Shown here piece by piece: positions 31,293 to 41,728 of a stretch of 64,000 nt of DNA. Source of the DNA: an uncultured Chroococcidiopsis sp. Its GTDB lineage: Bacteria; Cyanobacteriota; Cyanobacteriia; Cyanobacteriales; Chroococcidiopsidaceae. The stretch lies in contig CAXTYC010000013.1 in the NCBI GenBank assembly GCA_964248365.1, positions 32,001 to 96,000 on the forward strand. The letters are read 5' to 3'. The notes below the pieces were generated by a model, which saw nothing but the letters and a program-made list of their open reading frames with translations, was not told the DNA's origin and did no database searches. A program made the position numbers and the translations under genes. Positions within the stretch are counted from its first letter, which is position 1. Each line of letters opens with the position of its first letter.

Positions 31293-32365
31293 CTCACCCC
31301 TTCCATAACGGCTTGGGCGATCGCTTCATTTCCATCTAGGGCTAGGAGTTGAGATTGCTGGGGTGGTTGGGGTGGTTGGTGTAAAAATTCCCATTGGCTT
31401 TGGAAAAATTCAGCAGGGGTGAGAATTTGATGTTGGGCGTAATTAGTAATGCCCTCGATCAGAAAAGCAGCTTCAGCAAAGTCGTCACGAGTCATTGTAA
31501 CAATTGGCACTCCAACTTTGACGGCTTCGGCAAATGTGCCGTAACCAGGTTTAGAAACTACTCTGCCACATAAGGGCATGAAATCTACTGGACGTAATTT
31601 TTGGTCGGTGATTTTGATTAAATTGGGCAAATCAGGGGCGGAAGTATTAAATGTCAGGAATTGCCAATCTGGAAAATGTTGCAGGTTATTGTAAGGAAGT
31701 TGTTGTAAACCTAAACCACCAAATGTGAGTAATACAGTCTTTTCTGGTGGGGCTGTTATTCCCCAGTTAGATCGTAGCGTGTCCGCTAGGTAGCGAGGTG
31801 AACCGCCAGTTAGACCAACGTCGGTAATGTTGGGAAATGCGCTCATCGGTTCGTGGAAGGGTAGACGAAACAGGCGATCGCACTGACTGTAACAATCACT
31901 GATCCAATCAGCAATTTCGAGAAATTCGCCCCCCCAAGAGCGGTAAACTAAGTCCCAGCCAAAGTTACTAGCTATATAACAGGGAATATTTGCAGATGAA
32001 GCTATGGCTGCTGCTAGGGGAGGGACATCAGCCAAAATGAGATTTACTCGATTTTGACGGATAAAGTTAACTTCAGAGTGGATGAGCGATCGCTGTTGGG
32101 CGCGAATAGATTTGAGTTTTTCCAGTGTGGCTTCTTTATCCATTGTCAAGCTATCTGCTTGCACTACACCAAGATCAAATGCACGAGGGCGATAGATAAA
32201 ATCTCCTTCGATGTATAACTCTAGTAACCAACGTGGTGCAGTTGTCACCATTATTAGCAATACTTCGGGACACAATTTTTGAATTGTGGCTGCTACAGAT
32301 GCGGTACGGGTGGCGTGACCAAAACCGTGATTGGTGATGGCTATGTATAATATTGGTCTTTCCAT
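31289..32365 (-). CDS. GT-B fold glycosyltransferase-like protein; start taken at MERPILY
   Basis: HGFGHATR, NFGWD, FGG and SKPGYGT motifs. Confidence 0.82.
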   Translation of the reverse strand: MERPILYIAITNHGFGHATRTASVAATIQKLCPEVLLIMVTTAPRWLLELYIEGDFIYRPRAFDLGVVQADSLTMDKEATLEKLKSIRAQQRSLIHSEVNFIRQNRVNLILADVPPLAAAIASSANIPCYIASNFGWDLVYRSWGGEFLEIADWISDCYSQCDRLFRLPFHEPMSAFPNITDVGLTGGSPRYLADTLRSNWGITAPPEKTVLLTFGGLGLQQLPYNNLQHFPDWQFLTFNTSAPDLPNLIKITDQKLRPVDFMPLCGRVVSKPGYGTFAEAVKVGVPIVTMTRDDFAEAAFLIEGITNYAQHQILTPAEFFQSQWEFLHQPPQPPQQSQLLALDGNEAIAQAVMEGVS

Positions 32366-32624
32366 TGTGAAGTTGGGATTTTTGATTGTTTCGCGCAAAG
32401 ACGAGGACACCCAGGTGCGGGGGTTTCCCTCGCCCACGCAAAGTGTCCGGTGCAAAGGCGCTAAGAAGCCTCTTGGTAGAGTAGGCGCTAAGAAGAAAAA
32501 GTTTGAGTTTTTAACTTCTGCAATGGCTCAATTTTCATTACTTCGTTGAGCTATGCGTTTGTGTGGGGTAGGATAAAGGCTAAAATTCATACTTCCCTAG
32601 CCCCTAGCCCCTAGCCCCTAGCCC

Positions 32625-33842
32625 CTAGCCCCTCTTTATGTTTTGGCAAAATTGCTCAATTCCTTCAACTAGTTGATCGATCTCTGATGGGAGGGTGAAG
32701 TAGTGAACGCAAGCACGAACGCAGTCTGGATCGAGTAGCGTCCGCGTCATCAAGCCTTGGGCTTCCAAAAATTGCACCAATTTTAGATGAACCTTGTCTG
32801 TTGAGGAGGGATTTTTTAGTTGGAATGAAACAAGTCCGGCTTGGGGGGGAGCAGTTCGTAAACAAATGGTGTCGGATAATTGATTTAAGCGTTGCCAGAG
32901 GTAGTGACTTAGTTGACAAATTTGCTGGTAACGTGCAAGGGAAGTTCCCCATTGTTGATGGGTGGCGATCGCTGCTCGTAATCCCGCATATTGAGAAAAG
33001 GCTGATGTTGCTACTTCATACCGTCGTCCATCCGGTTGCCAGCCTGTGGGTTTACCTGTACTATCTGTGACAACACTACGCCAGCCAATAAAGGTAGGAT
33101 GTAAACTTGCGATCGCGTGGGGTCGAACATACAAGCCACCTACTCCAGCAGGACCACACCACCATTTATGACCAGTAAAGGCGTAAAAGTCTACGTCTAA
33201 TTCGGTCAGATTCAAGGGTAATAAGCCTACAGATTGGGCAGCGTCTACTAAAATTTGTAATGGTCTAGAACCTTGATGTTGTCTGCATATCTGCACTATT
33301 TCGGCTAAAGGTAAAACTTGCCCTGTGTTCCAGAGAATATGACTGATCGCTACTAAGCGAGTATTAGATTGTAGGTGCTGGGCTATTACATTAGCTGGAT
33401 TGCCTTCGTTTAATGTTGCCTTCAATGGGCAAGTGTCAATTTCTACACCGAATCTGCGCCCAATTTCATGGGCTGTTGCTATAACTCCAGGGTGTTCGCA
33501 GTCTGATAGCAGTATGCGATCGCCTGCTTTCCAGTCAATTCCCCACATAGCTATGTTACAGCCTACAGTTACATCCTCGGTAATGGTAATTGTTTGGGGT
33601 GGGGCGAACAGTTCAGTTGCGATCGTAAGTCTTGTTTGTTCAATTTCCTGGGTGATCCAGGCGTTCACCTCGCTGGAAAATGGACCACGACTTTGAATAT
33701 ATTCCTGGGAGTTGTTGATCGCATCAATTGCTGCTTGGGGCATTGGTCCTTGCCCCCCATAGTTGAAATATGTTTTATTTGCTAAAGCCGGAAATTGCCG
33801 TCTATGTTGTTCTTGGGTTTGTGCCACAAAAATGCTAGTCAT
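32625..33842 (-). CDS. Class V PLP-dependent aminotransferase (cysteine desulfurase/lyase-like)
   Basis: YFNYGG, EHP, VDAAQS, TGHKW (PLP lysine) and R..VHYF motifs. Confidence 0.92.
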   Translation of the reverse strand: MTSIFVAQTQEQHRRQFPALANKTYFNYGGQGPMPQAAIDAINNSQEYIQSRGPFSSEVNAWITQEIEQTRLTIATELFAPPQTITITEDVTVGCNIAMWGIDWKAGDRILLSDCEHPGVIATAHEIGRRFGVEIDTCPLKATLNEGNPANVIAQHLQSNTRLVAISHILWNTGQVLPLAEIVQICRQHQGSRPLQILVDAAQSVGLLPLNLTELDVDFYAFTGHKWWCGPAGVGGLYVRPHAIASLHPTFIGWRSVVTDSTGKPTGWQPDGRRYEVATSAFSQYAGLRAAIATHQQWGTSLARYQQICQLSHYLWQRLNQLSDTICLRTAPPQAGLVSFQLKNPSSTDKVHLKLVQFLEAQGLMTRTLLDPDCVRACVHYFTLPSEIDQLVEGIEQFCQNIKRG

Positions 33843-33914
33843 ACACTGGGAAAGGAGAAAAAATCACTAATTTCGCACAGGGTAACATTATCTTTAACCC
33901 TAACCCCAGTTGCT

Positions 33915-34073
33915 ATGAAAACAAAGCTCACTATTCGCCTCGCTACTGTTGACGATCAAGACTTTATCATTGGGCTTGTGCCTCACTTTGTTGAGTTTAG
34001 TTGCCCTCCAGGGCGAGAACCTATCTTTGGTAATAGATGCGATCGCACAGGAAATATATCCAAGTGGCATTAA
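33915..34073 (+). pseudogene. Probable truncated GNAT acetyltransferase remnant
   Basis: MKTKLTIRLATVDDQDFIIGLVP resembles a GNAT N-terminus; the frame ends after 52 aa with no acetyl-CoA-binding motif. Confidence 0.5.
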
Positions 34074-34218
34074 CTCCAGAAGACTCTGCAATTTTTATCA
34101 CTCGACTAATTTCGTTCGGTATTTACCCATATAATATATATATGTCATCTTGCGAACAGAGCTAGTATTAGCTGTAAATTCTTTTAGTAATCTCTTAGTC
34201 ACAAGCTAGTACACAATC

Positions 34219-34434
34219 ATGCCTACTATCTCTACTAGAGAATCTTCCCAGAAAAAGCTAGATTTGGCTGCTATTCGTACTGAAGCTAAAATCAAACGTA
34301 TGCGTGCTGGGATTATGCGTGCTAATGCTCTGTTGATGCGCGCTCAAGCTCAGATTATGCGCGATAAAAATCAGAATCTGCGCGATAAAAATCAGAATCT
34401 GCGCGCCGTAGCTCAGGAATGGTTTATTAAATAA
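34219..34434 (+). CDS. Orphan 71-aa heptad-repeat (coiled-coil-like) protein
   Basis: Seven heptads with Arg at position 2; exact 21-bp duplication. Confidence 0.55.
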   Translation: MPTISTRESSQKKLDLAAIRTEAKIKRMRAGIMRANALLMRAQAQIMRDKNQNLRDKNQNLRAVAQEWFIK

Positions 34435-34525
34435 TATCCGCCATCAGTTTGTTGTAATTGAGACCAAAGAAAAGGGAAAAGGTAAAAGGTAATTGTCCCC
34501 TTGTTCTCACGTGCGCCCCTAGCCC

Positions 34526-35485
34526 CTAGCGCCTAGCCCCTATTAAATCTTCTGCCAAAGCGACTGCACCCCATAGCGGCGCTTCATCTCCTAGTGCGGC
34601 TGGGACTATATCAAAGTGAACTTCAGGTAGTGCGGTTTCACCAGCTACGCGGCGGATCGTTTGCCAAAAGCGATCGCCAGCTTTGGTCACACTACCACCT
34701 AAGATAAACCGCTGGGGGTTGATCAGGTTAGCCACATTACCAATAGCCACACCCAGCGCCCAGCCAGCGTTTTCGAGTGCGAGTATTGCTAGTTCATCTC
34801 CTTGTTTTGCGGCTTGACTTACTAGCAGACCTGTGATCAGGTCTGGGTTGTTGTTGCAGAGCGATCGCACAAATGAGCCTTGTTCTGGCTGATTTTGTAA
34901 CCACTCGCGCACCTGTTGGGCTATATAGGGTCCCGAAGCCAATCTTTCCACACATCCGCGCTTACCACACAGACACATTGGACCTGCTGGATCGACAACC
35001 ATGTGTCCGATTTCCCCTGCCATACCTTCTATACCCCGCCAAGGGCATCCGTTAAGAATCCAGCCCCCACCTACACCTGTGCTAACAGTAATGTAGAGCA
35101 AACTGTCATAACCCATACCCGCCCCGAAGCGATGCTCACCCAAAGCAGCCACATTCGCATCATTGTCTACACTAGCAGGAGCGCCGAATTCTGCCTCTAG
35201 TATTTCGCGCAGTGGGGTACTTTCCCAACCTCTAACGTGATGGGAAAGGCGTACTGTCCCCGTAGTTGCGTCTACTGGTCCCCCAAAGCTGACACCAATA
35301 GCGGCAGGTTTCCCTGATAAGATCTCATGAGCCTGGGCGAACATGATTTCTAGGTCAGATTTAGCATCAGCATTGGGGGGCGAAACAGCGCGTCGGTAAG
35401 CTAGCCACTGTTTCTCACCTGGAGCCACAATAGCAGCAGCGTGTTTAGTACCACCAAAATCTAGAGCTAGGTAATGGTTTTGCAT
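34526..35485 (-). CDS. ROK family sugar kinase
   Basis: LDFGGTK, NDANVAALGE, STGVGGG and GEIGH...CLCGKRGCVE motifs. Confidence 0.93.
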   Translation of the reverse strand: MQNHYLALDFGGTKHAAAIVAPGEKQWLAYRRAVSPPNADAKSDLEIMFAQAHEILSGKPAAIGVSFGGPVDATTGTVRLSHHVRGWESTPLREILEAEFGAPASVDNDANVAALGEHRFGAGMGYDSLLYITVSTGVGGGWILNGCPWRGIEGMAGEIGHMVVDPAGPMCLCGKRGCVERLASGPYIAQQVREWLQNQPEQGSFVRSLCNNNPDLITGLLVSQAAKQGDELAILALENAGWALGVAIGNVANLINPQRFILGGSVTKAGDRFWQTIRRVAGETALPEVHFDIVPAALGDEAPLWGAVALAEDLIGARR

Positions 35486-35538
35486 TTGGGTTGAAAGTAG
35501 GCGAGAGGAAAGAGGCTAAATATTTTCATTGTGAAGTC

Positions 35539-35770
35539 AAACCCGCCTTGAACTCCTTTTCAAGGCTCACAACTCAAGTCTACTGAAGTAGACTAAAAAT
35601 CAATTGCAGTCGGATTTATCCGACTTAAGCTATAAGCCTGTGAATTGATTCGCAGGCGGTTGTTGCAGCTGGTGCAAGATCTGAGGTGGGAGAACAAACT
35701 TTGCAAAACTTAAGCTATAAGCCTGTGAATTGATTCACAGCGGTTGTTGCTTTGCAAAATCCGTCCCTAC
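35539..35770. repeat. Multi-hairpin inverted (REP/MITE-like) element plus a local 41-bp re-insertion
   Basis: Four hairpins arranged as two inverted halves; duplicated segment at 35709-35749. Confidence 0.75.
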
Positions 35771-35779
35771 AGAAAAAAT

Positions 35780-36496
35780 TTAAGGAACCAACGCCAGCAC
35801 TGACACAGGTGAACCGGAACCACTTTGCAAGCGCAAAATACCAATTACTAACGTTGTACCAGTGGGCGGTAATTGATCTAAATTAGTAAGATTCTCTAGC
35901 ACGATGCGGGGTTGTTCTAATACCAAACGATTGATTGCAAAAGTTTCATCCCCACCTGGATCTACACCATGAGTATCAATTCCTACACCAGCAATTTGGC
36001 GTTGAGAAAGTAAGAATTGTGTCGCTTCGATGCCAAAACCAGGAAAATGTGGTATACCATCAGCATCTAGGTTAAGAAATGCTTTTGTGTCTGACCATTT
36101 ATCTTGCCAACCTGTAAATAGTATTACGACACTATTGGGAGGAATTTGACCGTGTTGTTGCTCCCAATTTAGGATATCGGATAACGCGATCGCATAATCA
36201 TAATTAGCCCCAGCTTGTTCACGTATATCTATCACATTGGCTGGTACAACCAGAGATTCGGCTGGATAAGAGTCAATTCCTATACCAGTAGGATGAAAAC
36301 TGCTCGGGGCATTCATGTGTGTAGCGCTGTGTTCGCCTAAAGAAAAACGCCGCAGATAATACCCATCGGTTTCCCGTGACGCAACATTTTCAAATTCCAC
36401 TGGTGGATCGTTTTGCCATTGGGGGATACTAGGAGCGATCGCATGACTCAAATGCAGTACCCGCTTAAATATAATTGTCTGCATCTGTCTACTCAT
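35780..36496 (-). CDS. Cyclase family protein (kynurenine formamidase-like)
   Basis: EHSATHMNAPSSF, GIDTHGVD, LENL and GSGSP motifs. Confidence 0.88.
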   Translation of the reverse strand: MSRQMQTIIFKRVLHLSHAIAPSIPQWQNDPPVEFENVASRETDGYYLRRFSLGEHSATHMNAPSSFHPTGIGIDSYPAESLVVPANVIDIREQAGANYDYAIALSDILNWEQQHGQIPPNSVVILFTGWQDKWSDTKAFLNLDADGIPHFPGFGIEATQFLLSQRQIAGVGIDTHGVDPGGDETFAINRLVLEQPRIVLENLTNLDQLPPTGTTLVIGILRLQSGSGSPVSVLALVP

Positions 36497-36732
36497 AAGT
36501 CCTTAGTGCTAAACTCTGTTGTTTATAGCGGTTAGCAAGCGCGCTATTAGCTATTAGCTTTTTTCAAGGTTCCTTTAAGCTTGACAACTAACCCTTGTAA
36601 ACTTGTCCTAATCTTAATGCGTCTTGCTATACCAAACTGAAAATAGCTCTAATAGCTAATCGCGCTCTCGCTAAGCGCGCGCCAGCTAATTGCGCTCCAG
36701 CTATTAGACTGGAATAAGTTTTCTCTATTTGC

Positions 36733-37461
36733 ATGACCGATTCCCTAAATCAACCCCAAGAAAATACAAACCTTGACGCACAAGATCCACTGGGCGATAG
36801 TCCACAATCATCTGTGCCAGATATAACAGCCGCCAGAGAAAAACCTGCGGCTCCTTTAGCGATGGTAGAAACGGCTTTTCTCGCCAGTACCGCTAGTTTG
36901 ATTTGGTTTATTAATTTCTACTTTCCCTTGGGACCACTGTTGCGGATATTCTTTCCCATCCCGATTGCTCTAGTATACCTGCGCTGGGGTAATCGAGCTG
37001 CGTGGATGGCAGCAGGAGTCTGTGGGTTACTGCTATCCGTTCTGATGGGACCAATACCCAGCCTGCTGTTTGTATTCCCTTATGCTTTGATGGGAGTAGT
37101 GCTAGGCGTTGTGTGGTATCGTCGTTCTCCCTGGATTGTTTCGATCAGTTTGGGTACACTGATAGGAACACTTGGGTTCTTTTTTCGGTTTTGGCTGATG
37201 TCAATTTGGCTAAGTCGTGACCTTTGGGTGTATATGCTCGTCGAAGTGACCGAGTTTGCCGAGTGGATATTTGATAAGCTGGGATGGCTGGCTCAACCAA
37301 GTGTGTTGATCATCGAGGTGATCGCTCTGGGAATGGTTATACTCAGCAATTTGGTCTACTTATTTGTCGTCCACCTGGTAGCTTGGTTACTACTAGACCG
37401 TCTAGGTAACCCAATTCCCCGCCCCCCTCACTGGGTACAAGTCCTCATGGACTACGAGTAA
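36733..37461 (+). CDS. DUF2232 domain membrane protein
   Basis: MVETAFLAS...LRWG pattern, multiple transmembrane helices; upstream of cobT. Confidence 0.78.
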   Translation: MTDSLNQPQENTNLDAQDPLGDSPQSSVPDITAAREKPAAPLAMVETAFLASTASLIWFINFYFPLGPLLRIFFPIPIALVYLRWGNRAAWMAAGVCGLLLSVLMGPIPSLLFVFPYALMGVVLGVVWYRRSPWIVSISLGTLIGTLGFFFRFWLMSIWLSRDLWVYMLVEVTEFAEWIFDKLGWLAQPSVLIIEVIALGMVILSNLVYLFVVHLVAWLLLDRLGNPIPRPPHWVQVLMDYE

Positions 37462-37534
37462 TTAGTTATGTAGAAACAGGAAATTTCGTGTTTCTACAAA
37501 TCCAAAATCTAAAATCTATGGTCTCCAAAATCGG

Positions 37535-38737
37535 ATGATTCGCGTTTATACCCAGCTAGAACAGGGACAACAGTGGTTGCAGCGGTATCGGGGTTGTTCT
37601 CCAATATTTGCCTGTGTGCTAGGATTTACGGCAACTGGTTTAATTCCAGGGATTTCAGCAGCAGGTCGCACTCCGCAAGATCGACAATATACAGCGATCG
37701 CTGATGCTGAATTTTTGTACAATGGTTTTCAACCCCAGCCTAAGTATGCTTTACCTCCACTCCAAGCAGGAGCTTCCCCAGTATTAATTTCCCGTGCCGT
37801 TGTAGAGGCACTAGATATTCCTATATATCTATTCAACGCTGGTTTGCCTCAACCGCCAACTGTACCAGCAATTGATTTAGGTGGAACGCCAGCTAAATGT
37901 CTAAGTGGGGGAGAAGCTTTAGAACTAGCAACGGTGAAACATTTGCTAGAACAAGGATTATATTGGGGACAGCATCTAGCATCTAGCATCACTCAGGAAT
38001 ATGTAATTCTAGGCGAATGCGTTGTGGGGGGAACCACAACAGCACTCGCAGTTTTAACTGGCTTAGGTATTGCCGCATCTGGTAAAGTCAATAGCAGTCA
38101 TCCCGTTTGTAATCACGCTCAGAAGTGGGAACTAGTCCAAGCTGGATTGCGACGCGCAATTCTTGCCAAAGGGGCTTTTGAGCTGGGGAAGCTGGGGAAG
38201 CTAAATTTATCGCCTCTCGCCTCTCGCCTCTCACCTCTCGCCTCTCAACGCCAGTTGTCTCAAGTCGGGAAACCCGCCCACGACACTGGCTCCCCCTCAC
38301 CCCTTGCTTTGGTAGCAGCTGTAGGCGACCCGATGCAAATCGCCTTAGCTGGGATGGCGATCGCACTTAGTCGCACTAAGGGAGTTATCCTTGCTGGTGG
38401 GACTCAAATGCTAGCCGTATATGCCCTGATGCAAGCTCTTGTGAGAGAATATGGCTTGACAATGCAACCCGAAGCCGTCGTAGTGGGAACAACCCGCTGG
38501 GTAGCAGAAGATCCCACAGGTAAAACGGTTGAATTAGCCCAGATGGTTGGATCTGTGCCGCTATTGGCAAGTGATCTTAGTTTTGCTAACTCAAAGTATG
38601 CCCAACTGCGAGCTTATGAGCAGGGTTACGTTAAAGAAGGTATGGGAGCGGGAGGTTGTGCGATCGCCGCACATCTAACTGTTGGTTGGAACTCTTCCCA
38701 ACTTCTCCAAGCCATAGAAACTTTACTAGATTGCTAA
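37535..38737 (+). CDS. cobT: Nicotinate-nucleotide phosphoribosyltransferase CobT (cyanobacterial/archaeal type) with an in-frame repeat insert
   Basis: IPGISAAG, ECVVGGTTTA, GDPMQ, LAGGTQM and VKEGMGAGG motifs. Confidence 0.88.
   Translation: MIRVYTQLEQGQQWLQRYRGCSPIFACVLGFTATGLIPGISAAGRTPQDRQYTAIADAEFLYNGFQPQPKYALPPLQAGASPVLISRAVVEALDIPIYLFNAGLPQPPTVPAIDLGGTPAKCLSGGEALELATVKHLLEQGLYWGQHLASSITQEYVILGECVVGGTTTALAVLTGLGIAASGKVNSSHPVCNHAQKWELVQAGLRRAILAKGAFELGKLGKLNLSPLASRLSPLASQRQLSQVGKPAHDTGSPSPLALVAAVGDPMQIALAGMAIALSRTKGVILAGGTQMLAVYALMQALVREYGLTMQPEAVVVGTTRWVAEDPTGKTVELAQMVGSVPLLASDLSFANSKYAQLRAYEQGYVKEGMGAGGCAIAAHLTVGWNSSQLLQAIETLLDC
38248..38291 (+). repeat. 44-bp GNRA-capped hairpin element; related copies at 57064-57107 and about 32404-32451, both in reverse orientation
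   Basis: Gap-free alignment of two copies shows compensatory base changes. Confidence 0.8.
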
Positions 38738-38786
38738 TGTAAAAGGCAATATTTCTAGCCTCTAGCCTCTAGCCTCTAGCGCCTAA

Positions 38787-39161
38787 CTAGTGGATTCTCC
38801 GCGCGAGTAACTGTTCTTCCAAAGCAGCTATACGATTGTAAGCGGCGGTTAATTGTGCCGTTAGTCTTTGAATTTGAATTTCTGGCGCTAACTCTTTTTC
38901 ACCAGTTTGAATATGGCTATCTAGTTCATTGCCATCTACCAAAACATCTTTGTGTTCCATCATTGGTCTGGCAACGCCATTGCTTTGATTCGAGTAGCGC
39001 CCGTTAGCATTTATGCCTAAAGAATCTTTCGTTCCTGGGACAGGAGTTAGGCGACACTCCGACAAAGCATCAGACATCTTACCACTGAGTTGATCGACAA
39101 CCTGGTAAAGCGCATCTACCTTATTACTTAAAATATTGACTTGCTTTTGTAATGGTTCCAT
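38787..39161 (-). CDS. Conserved cyanobacterial hypothetical coiled-coil protein
   Basis: EHKDVL and QIQRLTAQLTAAYNRIAALEEQLL motifs. Confidence 0.75.
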   Translation of the reverse strand: MEPLQKQVNILSNKVDALYQVVDQLSGKMSDALSECRLTPVPGTKDSLGINANGRYSNQSNGVARPMMEHKDVLVDGNELDSHIQTGEKELAPEIQIQRLTAQLTAAYNRIAALEEQLLARRIH

Positions 39162-39545
39162 GTAATTTTCTCACGCCTGCTTTGCTTTCTTATATATGCT
39201 AGGCAACAAATCGGCAAAGTTTACCCTACTTATCAATGATTTAACTATTTAAAATATTGCTTTTAATGTAATACTTTTCTTCTAACTTCTAAATAAAATT
39301 AAATAGTATATATAAGTAGCTACTCGCAGCATTATGTATATAACTTAATAAGATAGCTGATTTTAGGTAAAAACTAGCTATAACGGCAAAATATACCAGG
39401 TAGTGGGAAGGAGAAAAATGAAGATGGACAATGAACTAATTAAGAAATTGTTGAGATAATAACTGTACTACTTTAGGAAGAGAATAAATTTTTGCTCCCA
39501 AGGTAGAGGAAGAAGAAGTAACTGACTGGTAGATTGATTGTAAAA

Positions 39546-40184
39546 ATGCTTAATTTTCAAGATTTTTTTACTGCTTGCACCGGAATATGGACAACTGAAA
39601 GGATCTATCATTACGTGCAGTCAGGACAGGTAGAGCGGTCTTACACCGAATTTCGAGTAGGGGCGATCGCACCAGCTTCTAAGCAGGAGATTTTATCAAT
39701 ATCTAGTTTGAGCGGGGTAAAAGTAGATTTGGCTCAGATCGGTGACTTTGACGCAGCGTTACCAGGATTTGCGATCGCCTTTGATACGCGATCTGAAACT
39801 GGGGAAACTGTATCAATGAGTCTAAAAGCTTTATTTGTCCCCAACCAGTACGTTGACTTGAATGAATCCTTGCCTGAAATACCGCCACCAGTAGCAGCAC
39901 AAGTAGATCCATCTGGGGAAGTGATCAAAGGTTTTTATCTGCGGGATGAAGGTTATTCAGAAGCAGGAGCGATCTTAGGACGTTTCACCTATCAACCTAT
40001 GAGGCAAACTTTGGAGATGACAACATACTATCGCCGAAGTGTTGCAGTAGATCAAATGCGCTTGGTTTCACCTCAGTTACGGCTACGTACAATTGTTACC
40101 TACCAACGTCCTGAAAATATGGCAGAACCACCCAGCGCAATCGATTTGGTTGGCTTTGGTGTTGAATACAGGCAACCAGGATGA
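39546..40184 (+). CDS. Phycobiliprotein lyase, CpcS/CpeS family
   Basis: F..FF....G.W...R.YH N-terminus, RDEGYSE and LRLR motifs. Confidence 0.8.
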   Translation: MLNFQDFFTACTGIWTTERIYHYVQSGQVERSYTEFRVGAIAPASKQEILSISSLSGVKVDLAQIGDFDAALPGFAIAFDTRSETGETVSMSLKALFVPNQYVDLNESLPEIPPPVAAQVDPSGEVIKGFYLRDEGYSEAGAILGRFTYQPMRQTLEMTTYYRRSVAVDQMRLVSPQLRLRTIVTYQRPENMAEPPSAIDLVGFGVEYRQPG

Positions 40185-40346
40185 GAATTCGTAATTCGTA
40201 ATTCGTAATTCGTAATTATTTTTACGTGGGTACGGGTGGGTTTATCAAACGAAGATCGTCAGCGAATAGATAACTTAGTTAAACCCGCCCCTACCGCCCT
40301 TCGCCCCTACTTAAATGACTAATCTAACTGAATTTGATATAAAAAA

Positions 40347-41492
40347 ATGGATCGAAGGTCTTTTTTAATTGGTACAGGGACACTTGCACTAAGTCAGATA
40401 TTAGCTGGATGTGGAAGACAAAACCAGACAGCGCTAAATGTTAAGTTTTTGAAAGGATCTGTTCCCAACCAAGTGGTAAAAGCTTTTCGTAGTCAGAACA
40501 AGCAAACTGGAAAATTAGACTTTGCTACCGTTGCACAGTTAGAAGATTTATTTAAAGATTTGCAATCATGGCAGCACAAAAGCACAAAAACACAATCCGA
40601 GCGATCGCCTATTCCTGGGATAAGTTTGCAGCAGTCCACCAATCCGCCTGACATATTAACAATAGGCGATTATTGGTTAGCTCCGTCAATTGAACAAAAA
40701 TTGATTCAACCACTAGACCCAACTCGTCTGCAACAATGGTCAAATCTGCCCCAACGGTGGCAAGAACTAGTAACACGCAACGATCAAGGTGCGAGCGATC
40801 GTCTTGGAAAAGTTTGGGCAGCGCCTTACCGTTGGGGTTACACTATGATTGCCTACAACCGTGATAAATTTAAGTCCTTGGGCTGGCAACCAAAAGACTG
40901 GGGCGATTTGTGGCGAGAGGAATTGCGAGATCGCATTTCTTTACCCAATCACCCGCGAGAAGTAATTGGTCTGACATTAAAAACATTGGGCAAATCGTAC
41001 AATACCCAAAATCTTAGCCAAGTACCAGATCTCGAACAACAACTGCGCCGCCTCAACCAACAGGTAAAGTTCTACAGTTCAGATACTTACCTACAACCCC
41101 TGATCTTAGAAGATACCTGGTTAGCGGTAGGCTGGTCTAATGAGCTGCTACCAATAATACAACGTTATCGCCAATTTGACGGAGTAATTCCCACTTCTGG
41201 GACTGCACTATGGGCAGACTTGTGGGTGCTACCAGCTGGTACAGTTAGTCAACCATTATACCAAAATTGGATTGATTTTTGTTGGCAACCCCAAATTGCT
41301 CAGCAAATCACTCTTTTGAGCAAGGCTAACTCACCAATTCCGGTTGAACTCAATCCGGCTAATATCCAAGCCGAATTACGCCATCTGCTCATTCCAAACG
41401 AACAAATCTTGCAACGTAGTGAATTTTTACTACCCCTTTCCCAGGAAACAACGCAGCAGTATCAGTCGCTGTGGCAAGAAATTAGGGGCTAG
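40347..41492 (+). CDS. Extracellular solute-binding lipoprotein (PotD/PotF-like)
   Basis: Tat-like MDRRSFL, LAGC lipobox, PYRWG and W.DLW motifs. Confidence 0.85.
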   Translation: MDRRSFLIGTGTLALSQILAGCGRQNQTALNVKFLKGSVPNQVVKAFRSQNKQTGKLDFATVAQLEDLFKDLQSWQHKSTKTQSERSPIPGISLQQSTNPPDILTIGDYWLAPSIEQKLIQPLDPTRLQQWSNLPQRWQELVTRNDQGASDRLGKVWAAPYRWGYTMIAYNRDKFKSLGWQPKDWGDLWREELRDRISLPNHPREVIGLTLKTLGKSYNTQNLSQVPDLEQQLRRLNQQVKFYSSDTYLQPLILEDTWLAVGWSNELLPIIQRYRQFDGVIPTSGTALWADLWVLPAGTVSQPLYQNWIDFCWQPQIAQQITLLSKANSPIPVELNPANIQAELRHLLIPNEQILQRSEFLLPLSQETTQQYQSLWQEIRG

Positions 41493-41625
41493 GGGCTAGA
41501 AAAGTATTGAAGTGTGAAGGATGGAAGTGTGTTCGCGCGCGTTGCCGCAGGCTAGGATGAAGTATGAAATTTCAATCTTTATCTTTTATCCTTTATCCTT
41601 TTGCCTTTACCCTTTACCCTTTAAT
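41483..41625. repeat. Bipartite array: (GGGGCTA)n(GAAGTGT)n, AATTT junction, then (CCTTTAT/CCTTTAC)n; small hairpin insert at about 41531-41553
   Basis: Read directly. Confidence 0.85.
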
Positions 41626-41728
41626 CCGCTACTGTGCCAGTTAAGCTGAAGACACTTCACAAAAGTATACAATTGGTTACAATCAGAAAAAGCCTGTCTT
41701 GTTCTCATCCTAGCTTTGCTGCCATCCC

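Noticed and set aside
32366..32455. N-terminal extension of the glycosyltransferase
   Set aside because: It runs through a hairpin repeat element; MERPILY is the more plausible start.
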